A stretch of DNA of 64,000 nt from Kiritimatiellia bacterium. Lineage in GTDB: Bacteria > Verrucomicrobiota > Kiritimatiellia > RFP12 > UBA1067. Below, one piece after another: positions 1 through 7,991 of this stretch (positions are counted from its first letter, which is position 1; every line of letters starts with the position of its first letter). Position numbers and translations under genes: made by a program. Under the pieces are notes generated by a model, which worked only from the letters and a program-made list of their open reading frames with translations, searched no databases and had not been told where the DNA came from. The DNA is taken from the NCBI GenBank assembly GCA_017652705.1, contig JAGCAM010000079.1, forward strand, positions 11,475-75,474, given 5' to 3'.

Positions 1-611
1 CCCTCCTCGCCGCAGTTCGCGTAGAAGTCCGCCACCTTGAAACCCTCGTGCGCGGCGATCGCCCTCACCGCGTCGACGTATTCCTTGAGATACACGCCGT
101 TTTTCGCATCGTACGAATGCGCCGGCAGATACTTGCCGAAACCGTACGACTTGCGCGGCGTGCAGAGTATTATCTTCGCCTTCGGATTCGCCGCGCGCAT
201 TTTGTCCACCAGCACCCTGTACCTGGCGTAGAAGGTCTTGTTGGTGGATCCGGCGAGATATTCGGACATGTCGCCCACCTTGGTGAGCTTGCCCCAGTCG
301 TTGATGCCGTGCTCGACGGTGTAGTAGTCGGCCCTCGGCACGTCGTGCGCGGCCTGCCCCACCACCGTGCCGCCGTTGATCGCCGGGTTCACGAACCCGT
401 CGAACTTGAGAACGTCCATCACCCGGCTCTGATAACCGCGGGAGAATCTGCCGCCGGACGCCTTGACGTTGTCGTTGTACCACGAGATGGACGTTCCCAG
501 ACTGCACCAGGTTCCGTTCATCTTGCGTTCCGCGAACGGATCGCGCCCGAATATCGCGCACCCTGCAATGAGCGCTGCACCCGCAGCCGCGGCGACTTGT
601 TCGAATTTCAT
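1..611 (-). CDS. SGNH/GDSL-type hydrolase lipoprotein; 3' end cut by the window edge
   Basis: My own minus-strand translation from the ATG at 609-611 gives MKFEQVAAAAGAALIAGC (lipobox-like), then LGTSISW (block I Ser) and EHGINDW (block III GxND). A Shine-Dalgarno (SD) box AAGGAAAG lies upstream. The gene is absent from the ORF track because it runs off the window. Confidence 0.6.
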   Translation of the reverse strand, partial: MKFEQVAAAAGAALIAGCAIFGRDPFAERKMNGTWCSLGTSISWYNDNVKASGGRFSRGYQSRVMDVLKFDGFVNPAINGGTVVGQAAHDVPRADYYTVEHGINDWGKLTKVGDMSEYLAGSTNKTFYARYRVLVDKMRAANPKAKIILCTPRKSYGFGKYLPAHSYDAKNGVYLKEYVDAVRAIAAHEGFKVADFYANCGEE

Positions 612-636
612 CAGTTCTTGCTTTCCTTTCTGTCGT

Positions 637-2385
637 TCAGTTGAAATCAAGCTGCTCCGCGCCATCCGGCCGCAGCGCCGCCTTGACCGCCGCGACGGCT
701 TCGGCTGCCGGGGAGATCACGGTTTTCGTCTTGTCGTCGCGGCGGCGCTTGACCTCCACCCCGCCTTTGGCGAGACCCTTGGCGCCGACCACCACCCGCA
801 CCGGGAAACCGATTAGATCCGCGTCTTTGAACTTGACGCCGGGTCTTTCGGCGCGGTCGTCCACGATGACGTCGATCCCCTCCGCCTCGAGCGCCGCCTC
901 AAGATCGAACGCAGCTTTCGCGGCGCCGTCGTCGGACGGGTCGAGCAGACAGACGCACACCTGGAAAGGCGCCACCGACGGCGGCCAGATTATGCCGTCT
1001 TTATCGTGGCTCTGCTCGATCACCGCCTGCATTGTGCGGCTGACGCCGATTCCGTAGCAGCCCATCGCCATGACCTGGTCTTCGAGGTTGCCGTTCTTGT
1101 AAACCGCGTTGAACGCGGCGGTGTATTTGACGCCGAGTTTGAAAACGTGCCCGACTTCGATGCCGCGCTTCACCGCCAGCGGACGGCCGCACTTCGCGCA
1201 GGCGTCGCCGTCTCTCGCTATCGCCAGATCGGCGTAGTCCCCCACGGCGATCTTCGCGTCGCGGGCGAGATCGACGTTCTTCGTGTGATAACCGTCCCGG
1301 TTGGCGCCGACGATGCACCCGGACGCCCCTTTCAGATCGAAATCGGCGACGATGCGCAGCGAAGAATCGGTCGGCCGCACCGGGCCCACCGAACCGGCGT
1401 TGGCGCCGGTCACGCGCAGCACCGTGTCGAAATCGGCGAGTTCCACTTTTTTCGCGCCGAGAAAATGCCGCAGCTTCACCTCGTTGACGTCGCGGTCGCC
1501 GGGCAGGCAGACCATCACCGGCGTGCCGTCGGCGCTGTACACGAGCGACTTGACGAACGCCGACCCCGGCACCCCCATGAACTTCGACACCTGCTCGATC
1601 GTCTTCGCCCCCGGCGTGGGTATCGTTTCGGGCGCGCCGCACTCGGCGGCGGCCGCGGCCGCCGCCGCACGGCGTTCGGCCTTCTCGAGATTCGCCGCGT
1701 AACCGCACCCGTCGCAGAAGGCGATGCCGTCTTCGCCCGAATCCGCCAGCACGTGGAATTCGTGGGAGAATTTGCCGCCGATGTCGCCGGTGTCGGCCTC
1801 GACCGGATACGCCTTCAGACCGCACCGTTCAAACACCCGCCTGTACGCCCTGTACATCGCCGTGTAGCTCGCGTCCGCGGCCTCCAGCGAAGTGTCGAAG
1901 GAGTATGCGTCCTTCATCAGAAACTCCTTGGAACGCATCAGCCCGAATCGCGGCCGTATCTCGTCGCGGAACTTCCACTGAATCTGGTAGACGGTGAGCG
2001 GCAGCTGCCGGTATGAGCTGACCACCGATTTGACGACGTCGGTCACCATCTCCTCGGCAGTGGGTGAAAGCGCGTAGTCGTGGGCGGCGCGGTCCTTCAG
2101 CCGGAACATCCCCGGCCCCATCGACTCCCACCTGCCGGACGTCTTCCAAAGTTCGGCCGGCTGGAGAATCGGCATCACGATTTCCTGAGCGCCGGCGCGG
2201 TCCATCTCCTCGCGGATTATCCGCTGGATCTTGTTGAGCGAGCGCATGCCGAGGGGCAGATAGGTGTACAGCCCGCCGGCGACCTTCTTCATCAGCCCCG
2301 CGCGGACGAGCAGCTTGTGCGAGTCAATTTCCGCGTCGCCGGGATCTTCGCGAAGCGTCTGAATCAAAAACTTTGTCCATCTCAT
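637..2385 (-). CDS. proS: proline--tRNA ligase, bacterial type with inserted editing domain
   Basis: 582-aa ORF. The N-terminus MRWTKFLIQTLREDPGDAEIDSHKLLVRAGLMKKVAGGLYTYLPLG and the class II motifs are typical of ProRS. Confidence 0.95.
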   Translation of the reverse strand: MRWTKFLIQTLREDPGDAEIDSHKLLVRAGLMKKVAGGLYTYLPLGMRSLNKIQRIIREEMDRAGAQEIVMPILQPAELWKTSGRWESMGPGMFRLKDRAAHDYALSPTAEEMVTDVVKSVVSSYRQLPLTVYQIQWKFRDEIRPRFGLMRSKEFLMKDAYSFDTSLEAADASYTAMYRAYRRVFERCGLKAYPVEADTGDIGGKFSHEFHVLADSGEDGIAFCDGCGYAANLEKAERRAAAAAAAAECGAPETIPTPGAKTIEQVSKFMGVPGSAFVKSLVYSADGTPVMVCLPGDRDVNEVKLRHFLGAKKVELADFDTVLRVTGANAGSVGPVRPTDSSLRIVADFDLKGASGCIVGANRDGYHTKNVDLARDAKIAVGDYADLAIARDGDACAKCGRPLAVKRGIEVGHVFKLGVKYTAAFNAVYKNGNLEDQVMAMGCYGIGVSRTMQAVIEQSHDKDGIIWPPSVAPFQVCVCLLDPSDDGAAKAAFDLEAALEAEGIDVIVDDRAERPGVKFKDADLIGFPVRVVVGAKGLAKGGVEVKRRRDDKTKTVISPAAEAVAAVKAALRPDGAEQLDFN

Positions 2386-2393
2386 AGTTGAAC

Positions 2394-2402
2394 ATTATAC
2401 CA
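2394..2402 (-). promoter_or_regulatory. extended -10 box TGGTATAAT, 8 nt from the proS ATG (leaderless candidate)
   Basis: The reverse complement of attatacca is TGGTATAAT. The hexamer overlaps the TAA stop (2395-2397) of the upstream gene. Confidence 0.5.
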
Positions 2403-3351
2403 TATTTCGGCGCAGCCCGCCGCTCTCGTAGATGCGCTCGATCAGCGAAACCGATTTGCGCGCCTCCTCGCCTGGCACAGGATACGGCGCACCGCTGTCC
2501 AGCGAACCGGCGAACGCCTCGAAGCACCGGAGATGCCCTTCGTACTCCAGCTGGTCCGGACGCGACGCGCCGGTAACGGCGTCGGTCACCTCTAAAGTGC
2601 CGGCGGTGCCGGTGATTTCCAGCATTTTACCGCGCCCGGGGAACGACGCGGTCGTCGCATATACGCCGCCGAGCGCCCCGCCCTTGAAAAGAATCGCCGC
2701 CGAGACCGTGTCCTCGGCCTCCATGGGGTGCGCCAGCGTCGCCGCGAACGCCTTCACCTCCACGACTTCGGGCATGAGCGCCGTAAGCCAGTCGATCATG
2801 TGGATCGACTGGTTCATGAGCGCGCCGCCGCCGTCCACCGCCCAGGTGCCGTGCCACGACGACTTGGTGTAGTACTCGTCGCCCCGCCACCAGGGTATGC
2901 GCACCCCGGCGTAGGTGATGCGCCCTAGTTCGCCGTTCTCCACCTTGCGCTTCGCCTCGAGGAACTCGTCGGTCCAGCGCGTCTGGAAAATGCAGCCGAG
3001 CGGCGTCGACGTCGCTCGGCACGCGGCGATCAGCTCGTCGATGCGCGCGGTGGTTATCGACAGCGGCTTCTCCACCAGCACCGGAACGCGGTGCGCGGCG
3101 GCGGCCTTCACCGCCTCGTCGTGACCGCCCGAAGCGGTGGCCACGCTCACCATGCCCGCGCCGGACTCCTCCAGCGCCGCGTCGAGGCCGCCCCACGCGC
3201 CGCCGCCGAACTCCGCGGACGCCTTCCGTGCGCTCTCCGGCATGAACGTGTCGCAGAAACCCGCCAGCTCGAGGTTTCCGGACGCGTTCACCGCCCGCGC
3301 GTGGAACCTTGCGATCAGCCCGGATCCGACAATCAGTACTTTTTTACCCAC
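2395..3351 (-). CDS. Gfo/Idh/MocA family oxidoreductase, cytoplasmic (no signal peptide)
   Basis: 318 aa. It has a Rossmann start MGKKVLIVGSGLIARFHA, the EKPL motif (VLVEKPLS) and a typical C-terminal alpha/beta domain. Confidence 0.85.
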   Translation of the reverse strand: MGKKVLIVGSGLIARFHARAVNASGNLELAGFCDTFMPESARKASAEFGGGAWGGLDAALEESGAGMVSVATASGGHDEAVKAAAAHRVPVLVEKPLSITTARIDELIAACRATSTPLGCIFQTRWTDEFLEAKRKVENGELGRITYAGVRIPWWRGDEYYTKSSWHGTWAVDGGGALMNQSIHMIDWLTALMPEVVEVKAFAATLAHPMEAEDTVSAAILFKGGALGGVYATTASFPGRGKMLEITGTAGTLEVTDAVTGASRPDQLEYEGHLRCFEAFAGSLDSGAPYPVPGEEARKSVSLIERIYESGGLRRNMV

Positions 3352-3360
3352 CGCGGAACC

Positions 3361-3894
3361 TCAGAAATTGTCCTGCTGCAGCTGGAAGTACGCCTTCGGA
3401 TGTGCGCAGACCGGACACTTTTCGGGCGCCTTCTCGCCCTCGACGATCGCGCCGCAGTTGCGGCACTGCCATTTGTTCACGCCGACGCGCACCCAGACTT
3501 CACCGGCTTCGATGTTCTTCGCAAGCTTGCGGTAGCGCTCCTCGTGGTGTTTTTCAACCTCGGCCACCTTTGAGAAGAGAAACGCCAGCTGGGTGAAGCC
3601 CTCTTCTTTCGCCTCCTCGGCGAATCGCTTGTACATGCCGGTCCACTCTTCATGTTCGCCGGCCGCCGCGGCAAGCAGATTCGCCGGCGTGTCGCCGATT
3701 CCGTCCAGCGCCTTGAACCAGAGTTTCGCGTGTTCCTTCTCGTTCAGCGCGGTTTCCTGAAAGATCGCCGCGATCTGCTCGTAGCCGTCCTTCTTCGCGC
3801 GGGAGGCGAAGTAGTCGTATTTGTTGCGGGCCTGCGATTCGCCGGCGAACGCGGTCTGCAGATTCTTTTCGGTTTTTGATCCTTTGAGTTCCAT
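3361..3894 (-). CDS. rbr: rubrerythrin (ferritin-like domain plus C-terminal rubredoxin)
   Basis: 177 aa. The sequence has [16 protein letters not shown] and a C-terminal CRNCG...CPVC pair. An SD AGGAGG lies upstream. Confidence 0.9.
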   Translation of the reverse strand: MELKGSKTEKNLQTAFAGESQARNKYDYFASRAKKDGYEQIAAIFQETALNEKEHAKLWFKALDGIGDTPANLLAAAAGEHEEWTGMYKRFAEEAKEEGFTQLAFLFSKVAEVEKHHEERYRKLAKNIEAGEVWVRVGVNKWQCRNCGAIVEGEKAPEKCPVCAHPKAYFQLQQDNF

Positions 3895-3932
3895 ATTCCC
3901 TCCTAAGTTTTTTTGCGTCAGGTTGATTTTGA

Positions 3933-3962
3933 ATTATACCACACCGCCGCGCAGACGGTCAA
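3933..3962 (-). promoter_or_regulatory. sigma70-type promoter of rbr: TTGACC-N18-TATAAT with upstream TG
   Basis: The -35 is ggtcaa at 3957-3962 (RC TTGACC). The extended -10 is attatacca at 3933-3941 (RC TGGTATAAT). The leader is about 30 nt and contains the SD. Confidence 0.65.
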
Positions 3963-4383
3963 CCGCGGCGCCATCGCCACGCCCAGCCCCGAAGTCAACT
4001 CCGATGGCCTGCAAAGAAGGCTCCGCTACCGCTGCGCCCGAAGCTTCGCGCTCCCTGGCCGCTCAGAGGTTCAGCAGGAAATGCCGTCAAAAATCGGGGT
4101 ATGCGTGGAGATATAGCCTGATTGACGGCAGTCGCTGGCTGGTGAACGCGAAGGGCGAATTTGTTGCGAGCGGGCAGAATAGAGGCGCGAGAACACTCGC
4201 ATGGCTTTAGCCGCTCGCGGGGGTACCCACTTTTCGATTTTGGGGTACCCCTTTGCCGCTATAGTTGCATAGGAACGTCCCCGTGCACTTGTGGATCACC
4301 TCCGCCACGCAGATTCCAACACGGCGCGGCAAAAATTGTATTTGCGGAACGCGGCGGCCGCCACGGGCTGCCGTACGTCTTGT

Positions 4384-4420
4384 GCCACCCTTATCCCGGA
4401 TTTTCCGGGATAAGGGTGGC
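4384..4420 (-). terminator. perfect 17-bp inverted repeat with a 3-nt loop; possible terminator after the GT2 gene
   Basis: gccacccttatcccgga-ttt-tccgggataagggtggc lies 60 nt beyond the GT2 stop (4480). No U-tract follows on the minus strand. A short T-run (ctttttgg) follows on the plus strand. Confidence 0.35.
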
Positions 4421-4479
4421 ATCGCCAGAAAGATTGCTTTTTGGCGTCGGAAAACAGTCGCAATGATTGCGGCAAGGGA

Positions 4480-5181
4480 TCACGGCCGGAAGGCGTAGAA
4501 AAACCAGCGGAGATAGTTGGGCAGCCACTTCCAAAGCTTGAAGTTGCTCTTGCCCGCCACCCGGTCGCGCCAGGTGGTGGGGACTTCGACGATCTTCCTG
4601 CCCGCGGCGCGCGCCTTTACCACCAGTTCGATGCCGAGCTCGAAACCGCCCGTCGACTCGATGGTCACCGTCTTCAGGAACGACTTGCGGTAGAGCTTGA
4701 AACTGTTGGTCGGGTCGTGCGTCGGCAGCCGCGCGAACCAGCAGAGCAGCAAGCCTGCCGTGCGCGAGAGAAGGCCCTTGAACTTCGGGCCGCCGTACTG
4801 CCTGCCGCCTTTCATGTAGCGCGAGGCGCAGACGATGTCGGCATTGTCGCGGTCGGCGGCGGCAACCATGTCGTTGATGACCCCGGGCGGATCGCACAAG
4901 TCCGCCATGGTGACCACCACCAACTCCCCCGGCGCTTCTTCGAGACCGGTCTTGATCGCATTGAGCGCGCCGCGTCCGTACTTGTTCTTCAGGAGCGTGA
5001 ACGGAAGCCTCGTTTTGCCTTCCAGCTCCCGCGCCGGCGCGAGCGTGGTGTCGTCGTCCCGGTCGTAGACGAGAGAAGTTTCGGCTTCAACAGCGACCTT
5101 GGCGTCGAGTTCCGCCAAGGTCGTGCGGATGTTGTCCCCTTCGTTGTAGACGGGGACGACGATGGAGACGCGCGCGCTCAA
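4480..5181 (-). CDS. family 2 glycosyltransferase (polyprenol-phosphate sugar transferase-like)
   Basis: 233 aa with VSIVVPVYNEGDNI. It has a TTG start in a 4-nt TTGA overlap with the upstream stop. Confidence 0.85.
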   Translation of the reverse strand: MSARVSIVVPVYNEGDNIRTTLAELDAKVAVEAETSLVYDRDDDTTLAPARELEGKTRLPFTLLKNKYGRGALNAIKTGLEEAPGELVVVTMADLCDPPGVINDMVAAADRDNADIVCASRYMKGGRQYGGPKFKGLLSRTAGLLLCWFARLPTHDPTNSFKLYRKSFLKTVTIESTGGFELGIELVVKARAAGRKIVEVPTTWRDRVAGKSNFKLWKWLPNYLRWFFYAFRP

Positions 5182-6200
5182 ATGCCGCCGATCCGGATCT
5201 GCTCCTCGATCCAGGGCATCACCTCGTCGAGAATCTGGTCGAGCGTCGTGTCCGCCGAGAAGCCGAGGAGCTTCTTGGCCTTGTCCACCGCCGGGACGCG
5301 CTTCTGGACGTCATACTTGAACGGCTCGTCCGAAACGTACTTGAACGGCTTCGCGCCCTTGTGGCGGCGGTTCCAGATGTTCTGAGCGAGTTCCAGCACC
5401 GTGGTCGAGACCGGCGTGGAGAGGTTGAAGTCCTCGTTAACCGCCTCCGGCTTCTCGATGCAGAGGCGGATGCCCCGCGCGAGGTCGCCGCCGTAGGTGT
5501 AGTGACGAACCTGGTTGCCGGCGCCGAGGATGTGGAGCGGATCCTGCCCCTTGAACACCTTCTGCACCAGGTCCGGCACGACATGGCTCATGGCGAGCTT
5601 GACGTTCCCGCTCTCGATCTCCGTATCGCACAAGGCGCGCTTCTCGCCGATGCCGACGCAGTTGAACGGGCGGATGACGGTGTAGGGAAGCTGGTACTGC
5701 TCCCAGGCGCCCTGCGCGAAGTACTCGCAGGCGAGTTTCTGAAAGCCGTAGGTCGAGGACGGAGGCGGACACTTGCGCGCCTCCGTCTCAGGCGTCGGGT
5801 AGATGGCGGTATTCTCGAAGACCATCGACGACGAGAGGACGTTGATCTTCTTGAGCTTCGCGTTCTTCTTCGCCCAGACGGCGGTGTCGAACGTCGCCGC
5901 GGCGATTCGCTCGTTCTCCGCGAGGAGGTCGTAGGCGAAGGTGTGGAAGTAGGATATGCCCCCGATCATCGCAGCCGCGCCGAGGATCTGGTCGCAGTCC
6001 TTGACCAGGTCCTTCATCAGGTCGAGGTCCTTGACGTCGCCGCGGGTGAAGTGGTAGTTGGGGTGGTTGTCGTAGCTCTTCTTGACGGGCCCGTACTTGG
6101 AGAAGTTGTCGATGCCGACGACTTCGTGTCCGTGGTTGAGCAGCTCTTCGACGAGATATCCGCAGATGAACCCGGCGGAACCGGTTACCAGTATTTTCAT
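5178..6200 (-). CDS. NAD-dependent nucleotide-sugar epimerase/dehydratase
   Basis: 340 aa with MKILVTGSAGFICGYLVEELL (GxxGxxG) and the SDR extended-family layout. Confidence 0.9.
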   Translation of the reverse strand: MKILVTGSAGFICGYLVEELLNHGHEVVGIDNFSKYGPVKKSYDNHPNYHFTRGDVKDLDLMKDLVKDCDQILGAAAMIGGISYFHTFAYDLLAENERIAAATFDTAVWAKKNAKLKKINVLSSSMVFENTAIYPTPETEARKCPPPSSTYGFQKLACEYFAQGAWEQYQLPYTVIRPFNCVGIGEKRALCDTEIESGNVKLAMSHVVPDLVQKVFKGQDPLHILGAGNQVRHYTYGGDLARGIRLCIEKPEAVNEDFNLSTPVSTTVLELAQNIWNRRHKGAKPFKYVSDEPFKYDVQKRVPAVDKAKKLLGFSADTTLDQILDEVMPWIEEQIRIGGI

Positions 6201-6203
6201 GTC

Positions 6204-6530
6204 TTACCTCTTTTTTGTGATTAAAGGAATCTCCTTGCCGGAATCGGCATCGTATTCGAAGTCAGACCCGGCCTCCGCGACCAACTTGCCCGCACCGCGG
6301 CAAAATGCAACTTGACAGTCGTCAGTCGCATAGCTGCGACGGCAATAGCCGGGCGACAGGCGGATGCGTCTTCCCGCCCTGCCCGAAGGCTCTTTCTGAC
6401 TGCAGAGCCCGTACGACACGGAGAAAAGTTCTGACACCTCGGTCCATTCGGCATCATTGAGAGTCGAACCTGGTCGAACCGAACATGTCAGAACCGCGTC
6501 ACCCATTGCGCCAACATCCCCAGCAGTCAA
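6204..6530 (-). CDS. hypothetical small protein, possibly a truncated GNAT-like N-terminal fragment
   Basis: 108-aa ORF that ends 3 nt before the epimerase start. LNDAEWTEVSELFSVSYG...RIRLSPGY resembles acetyltransferase N-termini, but the fold-defining C-terminal half is missing. Confidence 0.3.
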   Translation of the reverse strand: MTAGDVGAMGDAVLTCSVRPGSTLNDAEWTEVSELFSVSYGLCSQKEPSGRAGRRIRLSPGYCRRSYATDDCQVAFCRGAGKLVAEAGSDFEYDADSGKEIPLITKKR

Positions 6531-7683
6531 CGAAAGGCTTTCTTATCCGCAATTTCCTGTACGCCGAGTGGGGTACGCCGAGGATGATGCCGTCCGACTC
6601 CTTGACGAATGCCTTGAGCGGCGTCGTGCCGGGCACGAACTCGTCGGTGACGAGGACCTTCGCCATCTTCATCTCCAGGAGTTTCTTCACCTTGAACGAG
6701 AGCGATTCGCGGATGTCGTCGTTATCCGGCTTGAACGCCATGCCCATGATGCCGATCTTCTTACCCTTGAGCGAACCCATCTTCGCCTCCAACTGGGAGA
6801 CGAGGAAGTTGGGGAGCCCCTCGTTGACGAGCATCGCGGAGTGCCCGAGGAAGAACTCGTTGTTGTGGAAGGCCGAGAGCTGCATCGTGTCTTTGAAGAG
6901 ACACGGCCCAGCGGCCAGGCCGGCGCCGGCGAAGTGCTTCGCGCGCGGGTAGTCGTCTTTCATCGCCCGGAGGATGCGGTAGAAGTCAAGCCCCTGCTTC
7001 TCCACCATCATGTAGAACTGGTTGGCGATGGCGAATTCGAGGTAGCGCCAGGCGTTCGTCATCAGCTTGGCGAGCTCGGCCTCCTCCGGCTTGATGCGGA
7101 TGATCTTCGGCGCGATCGCTGAAAAGAGCGCGGCGGCGGCGTTTTCGGCCTTCTTGTTGACGCCCGAGACGAGCTGCGGCAGGTTGAATATCTCCTCGAT
7201 GCCCTTTCCCTGGACGATACGTTCGGGGCAGAACGCCAAATTGGCCGCGCCGAGCTTCGCCTTGAGCGCATCCTCGACGATGCGCGTCACGCCCGGAAAG
7301 ATCGTCGAGCGCAAGACCACCAACTGGCGCTTGTTGAGGTACGGCAGATAGGCGGCGAGCACCTTCATCACGTCGTGTATCTTGGGGTTCAAATGCTCGT
7401 CGACCGGCGTGCCCGTGACGAACACGACGACATCCTGCTTCTTCACCACTCCGGCGTCCGACGTCGCGCGCAGATTCCTGCCGACGTGCGCTTTCAAGAG
7501 CTCGGTCGCGCCGTCTTCCTTGAAAGGCAGGTGCGCCTTGTTGACATTCTCCACCGCCTTCGGATTGACGTCGAGGAGCGTCACATCGAAGTTTCTGCTC
7601 GCGAAGGCGAGACCAAGTGGCGTGCCGACATGGCCGCAGCCGCCGATGATGCAAATCTTCTTTGCCTTTAGAACTCTTTTCAT
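6499..7683 (-). CDS. nucleotide-sugar dehydrogenase (UDP-glucose/GDP-mannose dehydrogenase family)
   Basis: The start is reset to MKRVLKAKKICIIGGCGHVG (ATG at 7683), directly behind a TGATATAAT box. The sequence has the CPERI and GPCLFKD motifs. The 86-aa N-terminal extension in the track is Arg/Pro-rich and non-homologous. Confidence 0.9.
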   Translation of the reverse strand: MKRVLKAKKICIIGGCGHVGTPLGLAFASRNFDVTLLDVNPKAVENVNKAHLPFKEDGATELLKAHVGRNLRATSDAGVVKKQDVVVFVTGTPVDEHLNPKIHDVMKVLAAYLPYLNKRQLVVLRSTIFPGVTRIVEDALKAKLGAANLAFCPERIVQGKGIEEIFNLPQLVSGVNKKAENAAAALFSAIAPKIIRIKPEEAELAKLMTNAWRYLEFAIANQFYMMVEKQGLDFYRILRAMKDDYPRAKHFAGAGLAAGPCLFKDTMQLSAFHNNEFFLGHSAMLVNEGLPNFLVSQLEAKMGSLKGKKIGIMGMAFKPDNDDIRESLSFKVKKLLEMKMAKVLVTDEFVPGTTPLKAFVKESDGIILGVPHSAYRKLRIRKPFVDCWGCWRNG

Positions 7684-7690
7684 GCCTGCA

Positions 7691-7699
7691 ATTATATCA
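7691..7699 (-). promoter_or_regulatory. extended -10 box TGATATAAT, 7 nt from the ATG at 7683 (leaderless candidate)
   Basis: The reverse complement of attatatca is TGATATAAT. Confidence 0.55.
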
Positions 7700-7966
7700 T
7701 ATTGCGGCGCTTCTTGGCGCTGATTTTGACGCCGCGGCTTTCCCCGGCCCGGCCGAAAGCGCCGAACGCAGCTCTCTGGCGGCGATTTCAAGGCGGCCGT
7801 TGAGACGGGCATAGGCTGCATCGCGGACCGCGTCGAAAGCGGTGCGCAGATTCTTTCGCCGAGCTTCGAAGGCGGCGAACCCCTCAGCCGGGCACCCCAT
7901 CGCGATTTCCGCGCGGCGAAACGTTCCCTCAGCGATTCCAACGCGCCGCTTGACGGATTTTTTCAC
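7697..7966 (-). CDS. hypothetical 89-aa Ala/Arg-rich protein
   Basis: It has a GTG start and a weak SD. It fills the gap between the DUF4838 gene and the dehydrogenase promoter. I recognise no family. Confidence 0.25.
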   Translation of the reverse strand: MKKSVKRRVGIAEGTFRRAEIAMGCPAEGFAAFEARRKNLRTAFDAVRDAAYARLNGRLEIAARELRSALSAGPGKAAASKSAPRSAAI

Positions 7967-7991
7967 CTGCGCATTCGCCCGCCGGCAGACG

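Noticed and set aside
1640-1675. An eight-alanine run (RRAAAAAAAAEC) inside ProRS, considered as a possible insertion or slippage-prone repeat.
   Set aside because: It lies in a variable linker bordering the editing domain, and the frame is intact. Ala-rich linkers are common throughout this window, so it is not distinctive.
3963-4479. Known structured RNAs in the long spacer (RNase P RNA, tmRNA, SRP/4.5S RNA, 6S RNA, or a riboswitch for rbr).
   Set aside because: I found none of the conserved boxes I know: the RNase P GAGGAAAGUCC, the tmRNA 5' GGGGCUGAUUC or the resume-codon region, or the SRP GGAA tetraloop helix. I left it as an unexplained region rather than an ncRNA call.
7684-7941. N-terminal extensions offered by the ORF track: this one, plus 16733-16786 (dnaB), 41190-41285 (coaX), 40456-40566 (lipoprotein), 59800-59847 (TIM barrel), 55668-55709 (giant), 39875-39925 (ligase) and 42689-42700.
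   Set aside because: The extensions are non-homologous and Arg-rich. They overlap upstream genes or promoters. They also precede an internal start that begins the conserved N-terminus, signal peptide or TAT motif, and that has a matching -10 box or SD.
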